Origin: a virus
DNA length: 64,000 bases
Strand: one strand, 5' to 3'
Virus record (IMG/VR): IMGVR_UViG_3300020442_000011
Coordinates: 32,001 to 96,000 of that record
The number at the start of each line of letters is the position of its first letter. Positions within the stretch are counted from its first letter, which is position 1. The notes under the pieces are model-generated. The model was not told the DNA's origin, searched no databases, and saw nothing but the letters and a program-made list of their open reading frames with translations. Below, one piece after another: positions 7,903 to 18,226 of the stretch. Made by a program: the position numbers and the translations under genes.

Positions 7903-10035
7903 ATGGAAAATGTTTTTCTACGTGACGACACAAGTTACAAACGTGATTTTGGTTTCATTGACGCTATTTATAACGATACAGCAAAGTATATTCAGCTCCA
8001 AACAGGTGCTCCGTTTGAGAAGTGCTTGGAGTTTGCAAAACGTCGTCTTAATCCTAAAAACCCCAAGGGATTCAAAGACCCTAAAGCACTGGTGCTTAAA
8101 AAGGACAAAGTGGGCGATCGCTTTCCCGCTACAACGACTTTTATGTCGTTTATTAAAGACGTCGAAAGAGATAACTTTTTATTGTCGCCAAGTATGGCGG
8201 CTTATATGCGTGAAGAGCAAGAATATTCTCGTCATGCACGTTACATTGAAGAGGGTGTAAAGAACCGTAAGCGTGTTAAGAAAGAAATGATGGTCGCTAA
8301 ACAAAACAATAATTTTGAATTGGCGGCTGTTAAGAATGGTGAACAGCAAAACTTTAAACTTAACAACAACGCTTACTCCGGTGCCACAGTATCGACCGCC
8401 ACCATTCTTTATTATAAGTCGACGCATAGTTCTCTGACGTCCACATGTCGTACGGCAACGTCATACGCTAACGCAGCCAATGAAAAGTTTTTGATTGGTA
8501 ATCGTCATTACTATACGCCTGAGATTACTAAAGCTAATCTTGTTAGCCTTATCAATCTGAGTAATGTCGAAGAGATTGACAAGGTATGTAAACAGTTCAA
8601 CTTGCACTACCCGACACCAGAAGAAACATGCGAAGTAATTAACTACTCGACGAAACCTTATTGGGGTAGTGTTAACCATAACAATCTTATTTTTAATATG
8701 GTTAACAACATGACACCCGCTGAGCGTGCAACGGTGTGTTATGTAGCTGATATGTACCACCTCCATAAGTTCAACAAGGTGTTTGTTGAAACGTTCCTTC
8801 TTGAGTTGGGCTCTATCGGTGATGAAACACTTTACCCAACGACAGATAAAGAATTCGACGGTTATGACGATGACATTCAGCTTCTGGCGAACTTCCTCTG
8901 TTATGGTGAGGTAAAAGGCCGTAAGATCGACGATCTTAAAAAGGAAGGCGATGTTGCATGGGAAAAAATTAAAGCGACGGGTAAGAAGGCTCTCCACACC
9001 CTAAAGAAATATGGGACGCTAATTCATTATGTTTGGTTGGCGGATGTTGTGCCGTCTTCTATTCATGCTTTCCCTTCAGCTTACCGTCGTGTGGCTGTGG
9101 TGAGTGATACCGACTCGACCATGTTCACCATGCAGTATTGGGTTGAACAAATTTTTGGCTATACTAGTTTTTCCCTTAAAGCAAAGCAAATTGTCTTCGC
9201 CATCGTCTTTTTAGTTAGTGAGATGATGATGCATATCCTGGCGATCCAGAGTGCGAACATGGGTGTGTCAATTAGCAAACTTCGGCTATTGGCAATGAAA
9301 AACGAATATTACTTTTCGGTGCTTTCTATGACGATGCGTTCTAAACACTATTATGCGTCACGTGATGCTCAGGAAGGTGTTATGTTTGCCGAAGCCCAAC
9401 TTGAAGTTAAAGGGGTTGGGTTAAGGGATTCTAAGGTACCCAAGAAAATCAACGATCGTGCAAAACAAATGATGAAAGATATCATGAACACGATTAAAGA
9501 CGAACAACTTGTAGACATGCGTCAGATTCTCACTGATATTGCGGATATCGAACGCGAGATTATCCAGAGTATCAAAGAAGGTGACTACGAGTATCTGACT
9601 ACAGGCCAGATCAAATCGGCAACGTCCTACAAACAAAAAGAAGAGTCACCTGCTTTTAAACAATACCTTCTATGGAAAGAGGTATTTGCTGACTCCTTGG
9701 GTTCTGTAGGTGAACCACCGTATTCCGTTGTTAAGTGCTCTTTGCGTGCGGGTAACCGGACAGAACTAGAGGAATGGTGTGCGTCAATGAAAGACCAGAA
9801 GATGGCTGATCGACTACGTCTGTATTTAAAGCGTAACGATAAATCTGACATGTCGACGTTACAAATTCCTGCAGTTATTGTTGAATCTGGTGGTATACCC
9901 GACGATATTGTCAGTGGTATTGACATCCGTAAAATGGTCTTTAACACAATGGGTGTTTTCTACCTCATGTTAGAAGCTCTCGGTGTGTTCTTACAAGATA
10001 AACGCATCACGCGTCTAGTGTCCGATTTCCATTGA
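7903..10035 (+). CDS. divergent family-B DNA polymerase, palm/fingers/thumb half (phiKZ gp50-like)
   Basis: motif B QQNFKLNNNAYSG, motif C VVSDTDST, SKHYYA and EVKGV; ATG 7903 follows AAGGAGGG. Confidence 0.88.
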   Translation: MENVFLRDDTSYKRDFGFIDAIYNDTAKYIQLQTGAPFEKCLEFAKRRLNPKNPKGFKDPKALVLKKDKVGDRFPATTTFMSFIKDVERDNFLLSPSMAAYMREEQEYSRHARYIEEGVKNRKRVKKEMMVAKQNNNFELAAVKNGEQQNFKLNNNAYSGATVSTATILYYKSTHSSLTSTCRTATSYANAANEKFLIGNRHYYTPEITKANLVSLINLSNVEEIDKVCKQFNLHYPTPEETCEVINYSTKPYWGSVNHNNLIFNMVNNMTPAERATVCYVADMYHLHKFNKVFVETFLLELGSIGDETLYPTTDKEFDGYDDDIQLLANFLCYGEVKGRKIDDLKKEGDVAWEKIKATGKKALHTLKKYGTLIHYVWLADVVPSSIHAFPSAYRRVAVVSDTDSTMFTMQYWVEQIFGYTSFSLKAKQIVFAIVFLVSEMMMHILAIQSANMGVSISKLRLLAMKNEYYFSVLSMTMRSKHYYASRDAQEGVMFAEAQLEVKGVGLRDSKVPKKINDRAKQMMKDIMNTIKDEQLVDMRQILTDIADIEREIIQSIKEGDYEYLTTGQIKSATSYKQKEESPAFKQYLLWKEVFADSLGSVGEPPYSVVKCSLRAGNRTELEEWCASMKDQKMADRLRLYLKRNDKSDMSTLQIPAVIVESGGIPDDIVSGIDIRKMVFNTMGVFYLMLEALGVFLQDKRITRLVSDFH

Positions 10036-10042
10036 GGTCAAT

Positions 10043-10366
10043 ATGTCCGAACATCCCCAGCAAAGTGAGCGCGTATCGGTTGTCATCAAAGTCGATAAAC
10101 ACGAAACGCCTAGTACTACCTACGTCCATAATCAACGACAGAGTGATGAAACCACCGCTGAGTTTCTTGAACGTATTACAAAGAAATACCCGGTACTAAG
10201 GGACTTCTTAAACATTGCTACCTATGAAATCGCATCAACATTCAAAAATGGTCGTGAGTGTGATTGGTCTCATTGTCTCACGTTTGACACCGTCCGAACT
10301 CATTGTCTTATCCAACCTGGTTCGGTCATCGACATTACTCAAAACCACATCACCTTGCATTTATAA
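10043..10366 (+). CDS. hypothetical protein
   Basis: GAGG SD, 107 aa. Confidence 0.65.
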   Translation: MSEHPQQSERVSVVIKVDKHETPSTTYVHNQRQSDETTAEFLERITKKYPVLRDFLNIATYEIASTFKNGRECDWSHCLTFDTVRTHCLIQPGSVIDITQNHITLHL

Positions 10367-10375
10367 GGATCCCCC

Positions 10376-11032
10376 ATGATTAACATTAAAGTCGGTAAGA
10401 AGCTCTCCATTAAAGAGACCACTGGGTATGTCGACGTTGAATATTTACGTACGGCCATTAACTTCTTACAGGATACACTGACAAAGATCGAGGAACATCA
10501 AGATTCTTTGATTTTTGAAGACGATGTCGCCACAAAAGAAGAAGCAACACGCGGTGTTGACACACACAGATTCACCACACCGAAACACATGTGTGAAATG
10601 TTGGATCAAATCTATCTAAAAACCAACGATCGCGTAAAACTTGGAGAACCAATACCGTCGTTTAACGATCCGAATGCCTCAGTGCGCGACATGTTTCTTA
10701 AAGATGAGGAAAACCCGCACGATTTAAAAGAAGACGTGGTTACCGATACTCCTAAACCGCGTCCGTTGGTATTCCACCATTACATTACCGATTTTAGCAA
10801 CATAGACGTAAATAACGCATTGAATGAAGTCGTTAACGGTAACGAAGTACCTGTGGATACGGGTTGTTTCAAATTACCCACCCAAGACTTTGTTGAAAAA
10901 TATAGGAGTGAACTAGCTCCTATCTGGTGGGTGTGTATTATTCTTCAACACAGCAAAGGTATCAAGATTATCGCACCTGGTGAAAAGTTTGAGTACACTG
11001 TGAATAACGCAGGTCAGATTGTTTTGACATAA
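10376..11032 (+). CDS. hypothetical protein
   Basis: AAGGA SD, 218 aa. Confidence 0.7.
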   Translation: MINIKVGKKLSIKETTGYVDVEYLRTAINFLQDTLTKIEEHQDSLIFEDDVATKEEATRGVDTHRFTTPKHMCEMLDQIYLKTNDRVKLGEPIPSFNDPNASVRDMFLKDEENPHDLKEDVVTDTPKPRPLVFHHYITDFSNIDVNNALNEVVNGNEVPVDTGCFKLPTQDFVEKYRSELAPIWWVCIILQHSKGIKIIAPGEKFEYTVNNAGQIVLT

Positions 11033-11042
11033 CGCCATACGG

Positions 11043-11063
11043 TCCCTCCCCATTGGGGAGGGA
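11043..11063. terminator. hairpin between convergent genes
   Basis: TCCCTCCCC-att-GGGGAGGGA, preceded by GCCATA. Confidence 0.7.
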
Positions 11064-11067
11064 ACTA

Positions 11068-12180
11068 TTACCATCCATGACCTTTACTTTCAATGACTTC
11101 TTTTAGTCGCTGTAAACGCGCCTTGAAACCCATGATGACTTTCGATGAACCGATCCCTGTAAAGACACGATCGGTCATAGATTCCATGGTAGTTTCGTAA
11201 AGATCGTTTATTTTCCCTCTATCTCCTTGACTAGCAACAATACCGTGGTCGACGATATATTCAAGATAAGGAAGACGGGCTGCAATAATTGCCCATTCAT
11301 TATTGTGGGTGATAGGCTGTATCGGTAAACGCTGCATGAGTGTAAAGAGACTTGTCTCAGTGATGAGCGGTGTACTGTGGACAAAGGTCTCGATATCGTT
11401 AATGCGCTTATCGTTATTTTCAAGGATTTTATTGCAGTAGTTATCAACCCTAGAAGAATGGTCAATTAAATAGAATGGATGAGTGGATGGATAGCGCCGC
11501 AAAGGCTTGTTGTTCGCCATGCGAGTTATCCGGTTGAAGATAGCAATATCCAGATAAGACTTAACGGTATTTGGTAATAGATAACCACCAACGAAACGGA
11601 ATACCGCCTCTTTCTGGTCAGCTTGTCTTTCTTTCTGGAAAGTTAGCCAACGTCGATATTGCAGTGCCATTAACGGGATATCAATGGCGGCGACAACTGT
11701 ACCTTGAATGTTATCTCGACTGTTAGGGACGGGTAACAAAAGATCATATCGGGTGTGATGCAAATACCGATAAGGTTCCCAAAAGCGCCAAGCTCCCTGG
11801 ACATTCAAGTCTTCCGGAATACCTTGATGGTGATCAATAACAATCTCATCTGTCATACGTCCCATCGTTACGCCGTCTTCATATACACGCCCACGGTAGG
11901 TAGGACTAACAAAATTGAAGTTACGACTAATAGGCTCACTGATATCGTCGATGTATTGAAGATAACGACGGTCGTCCAAATCCCAACGTCTGGGGAGTAG
12001 TGTCAATATCCGACATAAGACATGTTCGCTTTCCACCCGTTTAGGGTAATGGTGGTAATGCTGCATGACGTCGAGGAGCGCGTCATTAAACATACGGATT
12101 AGATATGGACGTTCAGGTGGAAATAGATTACCAATGTTCCTTGGAGATTGTGTGTTTCTAAAGAGCGAGTACATGTCCAC
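11068..12180 (-). CDS. conserved phiKZ-like virion protein (gp52-like)
   Basis: 370 aa; minus-strand gene between the polymerase and chmA as in phiKZ. Confidence 0.6.
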   Translation of the reverse strand: MDMYSLFRNTQSPRNIGNLFPPERPYLIRMFNDALLDVMQHYHHYPKRVESEHVLCRILTLLPRRWDLDDRRYLQYIDDISEPISRNFNFVSPTYRGRVYEDGVTMGRMTDEIVIDHHQGIPEDLNVQGAWRFWEPYRYLHHTRYDLLLPVPNSRDNIQGTVVAAIDIPLMALQYRRWLTFQKERQADQKEAVFRFVGGYLLPNTVKSYLDIAIFNRITRMANNKPLRRYPSTHPFYLIDHSSRVDNYCNKILENNDKRINDIETFVHSTPLITETSLFTLMQRLPIQPITHNNEWAIIAARLPYLEYIVDHGIVASQGDRGKINDLYETTMESMTDRVFTGIGSSKVIMGFKARLQRLKEVIESKGHGW

Positions 12181-12195
12181 CTCAGGCGTGGTAAG

Positions 12196-12240
12196 ATATT
12201 TAAAGTCTATATCATCGTGTTGGTAACCACACAGGGTTAC
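12196..12240 (+). promoter_or_regulatory. early-type promoter with leader hairpin
   Basis: TCTATATCAT at 12206-12215 followed by the GTAACC...GGTTAC hairpin. Confidence 0.6.
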
Positions 12241-12268
12241 TTTTCCATTCGTCTATAAGGAACGTCTC

Positions 12269-12493
12269 ATGAGTAATGAAGCTACAACAAACCAGGTTGA
12301 ACATTACCGTACTAAACAACGTCAGGCGGTAATCACACTGAATGAAGAAATCAGTGCTGTAGAAGAGCACCTGAAAAAACTTACTGCTCTTCGTGATAAT
12401 TTGCAGGAAGAGTCCGCACAAGAAAACTATGAAGTTCCCGTCAATGAAAGTTACCATAAGGCGGGTTACCCCCATACTACAGACAAAGAATAA
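12269..12493 (+). CDS. small coiled-coil protein
   Basis: AAGGA SD; heptad-like segment LNEEISAVEEHLKKLTALRDNL. Confidence 0.65.
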   Translation: MSNEATTNQVEHYRTKQRQAVITLNEEISAVEEHLKKLTALRDNLQEESAQENYEVPVNESYHKAGYPHTTDKE

Positions 12494-12590
12494 TAAAACA
12501 TACTTGCATGTAGTATAGTATAGAGGAATTACTCCCTGACATCGAAAGGTGTCAGGTTACCTCTTATGCGTGGTATGTCGTGATGCTAGA

Positions 12591-12631
12591 TAAATTCACA
12601 TCTATATCACAGTAGTGTAGGAAACCCTACT
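12591..12631 (+). promoter_or_regulatory. early-type promoter of chmA
   Basis: TCTATATCAC at 12601-12610 followed by the GTAGG-aaac-CCTAC hairpin. Confidence 0.65.
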
Positions 12632-12677
12632 AAAAAGAGCTTTGCGCAAAGCTTATTAAACTTAAGGAAGTATCGTA

Positions 12678-14678
12678 ATGATCGAACGTACTGGTAACAA
12701 CCAAGACAAACCTCAACAGCCGAACAATGGTGTTGGTCAAACACAAGCGGGTCAAGGTCCGAATGTCGATATGCATCCTGCCGGTGATGCGACCTTTCGT
12801 CCGGATTCACAGCAGGGACAGCATCGTCCTGGTTTCCGTCGCCTGAACGACAAACTCCGGCGTAGTGCTACCTCTGAGCGTTCTGAAGCTCGTGTTGCTG
12901 AAGCCCTCAAGCAGATGAACCGCGCTAAAGAAAGTGCTATCGAATCTCAAGTCATGAAGATCGAGCCGTTCTTCTTCCGCTTCGATCGTCAGACACAAAA
13001 CACGCTGATGTCAGCGATCATCGCTGCATTCACCTACAAGGTAGGTAACGTCACCACCATCGCCGTGCGTCCGCTTCTGCTGGAAACGCAAGACTCTCCG
13101 CTTCCGAAGCGTCAGCGCCAATACGGTCAGATGCGTGAAGAATTCCAGATGCGCGCTCAAGACGTTTACGATCGCGATTACTGGCAGAAAGTCGTGGCTT
13201 TCATCAAAGACCAGCTGAAGCTTCCTGAAGCCAATGTGGTTGACGCAGGTGTTCTACTGATCCCTGATGCGTACAAGATGAAAGATCAAGTCGTTGGTTT
13301 CGACTTCGAAAATGAGGCATCTGTTAAAGAACTGGTTGTTCAGACATCTAACCGTTTGGAAGATGCGTTGGCCCAGGTTTCTAACGAACCGCCTCTGAAC
13401 CTGACTGATCTGATGAGTGACAATGATCGTCTGCGTGTTAAGGTTGAAACAGACCTCGACATGGTGGAAGTCGACAGCGTAGGTAACCCCATTCGCTCCG
13501 ACATGCGTATCGTCATGAAGGTGGCTGGTGGTAACAACCAGCCGAACAACCTGCATGGCGATAGCCTGGTGACCGAAACTGAACTGAACAGCGTATGCGC
13601 ATACGTTGACTTCGAGTATCAGCGTCCTCCCCAGCATGTCAACCCACAGCACATGGGGCCGAACTACGTTCCGCCGAAGCCGTTCATTCCGGTGATTGTG
13701 GCAACAGCCGTCCGTAACGCATCATGGATTCAAGCCAACACCATCGAACTGTACCTGTTGGGTCTTTCCAACCTGTACCGTTGCATGAATGGCATGGCAT
13801 GGGCTCAAACACGCAACCCGAAGTTCACCGGCCAAGATCCGAAAGGTAAGTCCGTGAACATGCGTGATATTGCTGCTCTGGCCTACCTGACATCCAACCC
13901 GCCGTCTAAGCCGAACCTGTTGAGTTCTGACGCCAGCGATCAAGACTTCGTTGACTTCATGTACTTGACAGTAGAACAGAACCCCGCGTTCGCGTTCGAC
14001 TTCGATCCGGTTGGTGAGAACGTTGCAATCGAGTCAACATTTGCATTGTCTGCCAGCAACTCAGAGCATCGTCAGAAAGCGAAGGATGCTATCATCCGCG
14101 CTTGCGATAACCTGACCAACGGCAACTTCTCGCGGTTCTTCAATGCGAGCAGTGACATTGTAGTGGCGACTGGTACTGAAATCCACCTGGGTCGTTATCC
14201 GGATGCACATGGCGATATCCGTGATCCTCGTGATCTGGATACCGTTGCTGCGTTGAACCTGTCCAAAGGCAACATCAACGAATTTGTTGCCTGGTACAAA
14301 ACGCGCCTCGCTCCGGAACAGAACGGTGAAACGTTTGAAGGTGTCATGCGTAAGCGTGAGTCCATTGAGCGTAACTACCTGTCTCAGGGCATGACCATCA
14401 CTCGCCGCGCCCCACGCTACCTGTTCACCCAGCAATTCTTGGATGCGCTGGATGAAGCCATGGCAGCGGCAGGTGCTCGTGTTGAGATGAATGAAGTGCT
14501 TGGCATGTCTGGAGAGCAGTTCCTGGGTAACACCATGATCTCCCAGTACACTGTAAACACCGCACCCCGTACCGCTGGTATGGGTGGCCCTGGTGGTCAC
14601 GGTGGTGGTTACAGCTACGGCCATCCCGGTATGGGCGGTTGGGAAAGCCCGCATGGCGGTGGCGGCGGTCGTTACTAA
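12678..14678 (+). CDS. chmA: chimallin, major phage-nucleus shell protein (phiKZ gp54-like)
   Basis: 666 aa with disordered termini; VDSVGNPIRSD, NLTNGNFSRFF and GDIRDPRDLD segments typical of ChmA; directly upstream of the nvRNAP beta' gene; codon usage of a highly expressed gene. Confidence 0.88.
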   Translation: MIERTGNNQDKPQQPNNGVGQTQAGQGPNVDMHPAGDATFRPDSQQGQHRPGFRRLNDKLRRSATSERSEARVAEALKQMNRAKESAIESQVMKIEPFFFRFDRQTQNTLMSAIIAAFTYKVGNVTTIAVRPLLLETQDSPLPKRQRQYGQMREEFQMRAQDVYDRDYWQKVVAFIKDQLKLPEANVVDAGVLLIPDAYKMKDQVVGFDFENEASVKELVVQTSNRLEDALAQVSNEPPLNLTDLMSDNDRLRVKVETDLDMVEVDSVGNPIRSDMRIVMKVAGGNNQPNNLHGDSLVTETELNSVCAYVDFEYQRPPQHVNPQHMGPNYVPPKPFIPVIVATAVRNASWIQANTIELYLLGLSNLYRCMNGMAWAQTRNPKFTGQDPKGKSVNMRDIAALAYLTSNPPSKPNLLSSDASDQDFVDFMYLTVEQNPAFAFDFDPVGENVAIESTFALSASNSEHRQKAKDAIIRACDNLTNGNFSRFFNASSDIVVATGTEIHLGRYPDAHGDIRDPRDLDTVAALNLSKGNINEFVAWYKTRLAPEQNGETFEGVMRKRESIERNYLSQGMTITRRAPRYLFTQQFLDALDEAMAAAGARVEMNEVLGMSGEQFLGNTMISQYTVNTAPRTAGMGGPGGHGGGYSYGHPGMGGWESPHGGGGGRY

Positions 14679-14710
14679 GCAATAGTGTTTAGTTAACGAT
14701 TGATCGTGTG

Positions 14711-14742
14711 AAGAGGACCCCTTACGGGGGTCCTCTTTTTTT
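14711..14742 (+). terminator. intrinsic terminator after chmA
   Basis: AAGAGGACCCC-ttacg-GGGGTCCTCTT followed by a T-run. Confidence 0.85.
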
Positions 14743-14766
14743 GTCGCTTATGGAGTATTAAGGTCT

Positions 14767-16044
14767 ATGGGTATCTATGCTACCATGGTGGATTTCGAAG
14801 ATGAGTTTAATCGTCTTGAACGCCCGCCTAAGTTTGCTAACGATTATGATGTCTCACGTCCAGAAGAGCGCCAGGCTCTGGACATGCATCTTTATACTCA
14901 TTACAAGAACACAGACGTCATCGAAACATCAGCGTCGTGCCATTGTGGGTATTACACGTCGGCTCACCGCATTGGTTACATATGCGATAAGTGTCATACT
15001 GAAATCGCCAGCACAGTCGACAGAGCGATTGAATCGTCGTTATGGTTGAGGGCACCAGAAGGAACATTGGGTTTTATCCATCCTGAGTTCTGGTCGATCA
15101 TCGAGCAGCGTCTAGGTACGAGATCGTTTGACTTCCTTCGGTACATGGTCAATACGAACTATAACTTCGACTACACTAAGATCACCTCTAAGGATGCTCA
15201 ACGTACCGTCGATAAATTCCTCGCGTTTGATCCACCTCGTGGGCTTAACAACTTCATCAAACATTTCGACCGTATCATGGAAGGGTTGTTTGAACGGAAT
15301 ATCGTCAGCGGTAGCAAGGCAGAAAAAGAAGAGCTTAAAATGATTATCCAGAATAATCGTTCTTTGCTATTCCCCAAATATCTACCTGTACCATCTCGAC
15401 TTTGTTTCGTTGTTGAGACCACGACGTCGAGTACGTATATCGACGCCCCATTGCGCGATGCAATGAACGCTATCAATGCCATCACCTCCATCCGTGCCGC
15501 TCAAGAACCGATGAGTGATAAGATGGTTCAAAACGTCACCTTTGTGGCGGGTGAATCATTGGCGAAGTTTTACGACAACTACATCACACACCGCATATCT
15601 AAGAAACCAGGATTGGCACGCCGTCACATCTTCGGTAATCGTTTGCATATGAGTGCTCGTGGTGTAATTGACTCAATCAACGACCCTCATTATTTCAGCG
15701 AAATTCACATCCCTTGGGGAATGGCCTTACAGCTATTCAAGTATCACATCTTGAATAAACTTAATCATCGGGGCTTTACTGCTCGCGAAGGGATGGATCT
15801 TATCTATCGGTCTGTTCTTTGTTATAACGAAACGATTGATGAAATCCTCAATGAGTTGATTGCTGAATCACCTCAGATTGATCCTGAGTTCACTGATAAG
15901 CGAGGCATTCCTGTTTCGCTCCAACGTAACCCGACCTTGCAACGTGGATCAACCCAACTTTTCTTCATCACAAAAGTCAAAACCAAGACACGTAATAACA
16001 CCATCAGTATGTCACCTATTTGTTTGCGCGCACCTAACGCGGAT
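14767..16044 (+). CDS. nvRNAP beta' N-terminal subunit, exon 1 (phiKZ gp55-like)
   Basis: Zn ribbon CHCG...CDKC, KPGLARRHIFGNR, SARGVI, QRNPTLQRGS; ends in PNAD. Confidence 0.93.
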
Positions 16045-16434
16045 ACAGTGTACATAACACAGTTAGTGTGTTATGTGTAAGTCCCCTTTGTCAGTAATGG
16101 CAATTGAAACACTTCTCTAATTGCTGGAATCCACTAAAGCTGTCTCACCACAATGTTACCTGAAAAGGTCAGTTAAAAAGCATGAAGGTTTAAAAACGAG
16201 ACAGATGAGATCTACGGATCGAAATGGGTAATCAGCAGCGAAGCTCCTAAGGCGACAGCTATGGAGTGTGTCCAACGACTATCCCCGGCGGGGGAGTAGG
16301 GTCCAAGTGGACTCGAAATGGGAAGGGTCCTTAGGAGTCATCTTAAGGATCGTAATATAGTCTCGACGTCTGGGGAAAGCCCAGAGCAGTGCTTAAGTGC
16401 ACGGGTAGGACTAACGACCCTACTGAAGATCTCG
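16045..16434 (+). mobile_element. group I self-splicing intron (IA-like), 390 nt, no homing endonuclease
   Basis: 5' exon ends in U (GGAU pairs with IGS GUCC 16081-84); P AATTGCTGGAA 16119, Q AATCAGCAGCG 16230, P7 GACTA 16277-81/TAGTC 16358-62, P7.1/P7.2 hairpins, terminal G 16434; removal restores NAD|FDGD in frame. Confidence 0.93.
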
Positions 16435-16632
16435 TTCGATGGTGATATGTTGAATATGATTCTTATTCCGGATAATTATCTACGTGATGCGTTTGAGCGT
16501 ATCTCACCCCATCTTTGGGTGTGGTCACTTGACAAACCACATGAAATATCCAACAACCTGACACTTCAAGGTCCTGTCATCGATACAGCGGTTAACTTCG
16601 CGTCAATGACACAACCTGATATTGTCCACTAA
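16435..16632 (+). CDS. nvRNAP beta' N-terminal subunit, exon 2 (spliced product 491 aa)
   Basis: begins FDGDMLN, completing the catalytic NADFDGD motif. Confidence 0.92.
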   Translation, partial: FDGDMLNMILIPDNYLRDAFERISPHLWVWSLDKPHEISNNLTLQGPVIDTAVNFASMTQPDIVH

Positions 16633-16641
16633 GAGGTTTCT

Positions 16642-17256
16642 ATGGCACGACAAGTAATGGGGGGTGCTGACCTCCTCGATGTAGCGGGTGGAGGATTTAT
16701 ATCGAGGGGTGTGGAGTCTTTCCTGGACAGTGCCTCGAACATGATACGTAGTGCAATGCCACAGCAGGGGTTGGAATTCATCGACAATTGGCGTAATTCG
16801 TATAAGACGCTGGATATCGATGGTGCCCTCTCCCTGATGGATAACCTGAAGCGTAAATCTGATACGTCTTGGGACACGCTGTCTATCCAGACATTGGATG
16901 ACATACAGGCTACCCAAACAGCCGGTCCTGTTATGCAGCGGTGGATCATGGCTCAAGAAGAAATACGTCGTCGGTATCTGGGTAACTCGTTATCGGGTTA
17001 TGAAGAGACGTATGTCAACTATCATGGGGATGATGTGGGGGTTGACCATAAAGACTGGCGTATAGTAATGGACGGTGTTGGTCAGCTTGAGGAAGGCAAG
17101 TATAACAAACATCGTTACGGTGAGCTTTACGTGGAAGGCGATGCAGAATTGAGAGCGTCACAAAAGATGTCTATCATGGCGACTTGGGACTTCCTGAGTA
17201 AATGTCTTGAAGACGGTGATGAAGATCCTACCTGTCCATACGGTAGTCCTCTCTAA
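16642..17256 (+). CDS. conserved phiKZ-like protein (gp59-like position; possible import factor)
   Basis: GAGG SD; MQRWIMA and C-terminal DPT motifs; synteny. Confidence 0.55.
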   Translation: MARQVMGGADLLDVAGGGFISRGVESFLDSASNMIRSAMPQQGLEFIDNWRNSYKTLDIDGALSLMDNLKRKSDTSWDTLSIQTLDDIQATQTAGPVMQRWIMAQEEIRRRYLGNSLSGYEETYVNYHGDDVGVDHKDWRIVMDGVGQLEEGKYNKHRYGELYVEGDAELRASQKMSIMATWDFLSKCLEDGDEDPTCPYGSPL

Positions 17257-17262
17257 CCACAT

Positions 17263-17286
17263 ATGCGACCCCAAATGGGGTCGCAT
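17263..17286 (+). terminator. hairpin terminator
   Basis: ATGCGACCCC-aaat-GGGGTCGCAT followed by TTATT. Confidence 0.75.
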
Positions 17287-17355
17287 TTATTCCTACCCGT
17301 ACTTTATTTTTTTGTTAATTTACGCACTTCCTGGATGTTATGCACCATAGCTTAA

Positions 17356-17748
17356 TTGGATAATTCCATGAAAATCCCAACGTTGAACGCTTGGGTGGAT
17401 ACACCTGACGAACAGGCGGATTATTTGTTAGGCTGTTTCTACACTAGTGAGAACCTACAGTCAACACTGAGTTATGGTAACATCCAATCGTTACCTTATC
17501 TCATCCAGCGTTATGGGAAAGAACCACTTACGTTACAGACGAATGCAACTGAGCAATTAGAACAGTTGTTGTCAACGGTATTTGAGGTTAATCTTCTCGA
17601 TCTCAAAGTTACCGCTGATGAAAGCGAGCCTAATTCGCTCGCTATTCGCCTTAACTGCGTTGTTTCCATTGACGGTAAAGAAGTATCCCTAGGACACCTT
17701 CTACGCTACGTAGACGGTCGTCTCTCCAACATCCAAAAGAAACTGTAA
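17356..17748 (+). CDS. conserved protein, possible gp25/GPW-like baseplate wedge fold
   Basis: 130 aa with a helix followed by a three-strand C-terminal pattern; the fold is an inference. Confidence 0.5.
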   Translation: MDNSMKIPTLNAWVDTPDEQADYLLGCFYTSENLQSTLSYGNIQSLPYLIQRYGKEPLTLQTNATEQLEQLLSTVFEVNLLDLKVTADESEPNSLAIRLNCVVSIDGKEVSLGHLLRYVDGRLSNIQKKL

Positions 17749-17761
17749 AAGAGACTTACGA

Positions 17762-18226
17762 ATGACCACTAAAGCAAAAGCAACCCCGTCAGCTAAACCC
17801 AAGACTACCAAGTCATTAACGGCTGATCAGAAACGTATCATCGCATTGGAAGCGCGCATCATCGCACTCGAAGATCGTCTCGATACTCAGAATAAAGAAA
17901 ATATCTCTTTGTTCGGTCAAATCCTCAGTGGTATCGGAATGACGCTGGGTCGTCAGGGTCAAGCGCTTCATGAAAAAGTCTTTCCGCCGACTTACAGTCT
18001 TTCTCTTGTAACAAAGGAGGAAGATGAGAACGAACAGACCGCAACATTGATCGTTGAGAACGACGGGTCGTTCTCGTTGCTTTCTCGAAATGCGGAAGGT
18101 AATCGTGTCCCCTTCCCTAAGCAAGAAGTTGATCTTTTCCCAGTTGCCGAGTTCATCAAGAAAAATAAACTCGTTGCTGGTAAAGTGTATTCTGTCAACA
18201 TTTTCCGAGAAGAAGGAACCAAGTAA
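17762..18226 (+). CDS. hypothetical protein with an N-terminal coiled coil
   Basis: RIIALEARIIALEDRL heptad duplication. Confidence 0.7.
   Translation: MTTKAKATPSAKPKTTKSLTADQKRIIALEARIIALEDRLDTQNKENISLFGQILSGIGMTLGRQGQALHEKVFPPTYSLSLVTKEEDENEQTATLIVENDGSFSLLSRNAEGNRVPFPKQEVDLFPVAEFIKKNKLVAGKVYSVNIFREEGTK

Noticed and set aside
16318-16434. N-terminal part of ORF 16318..16632 as a separate gene or homing endonuclease
   Set aside because: It is intron P8-P9 sequence; only 16435 onward is exon, and no HNH/GIY-YIG/LAGLIDADG motif is present.
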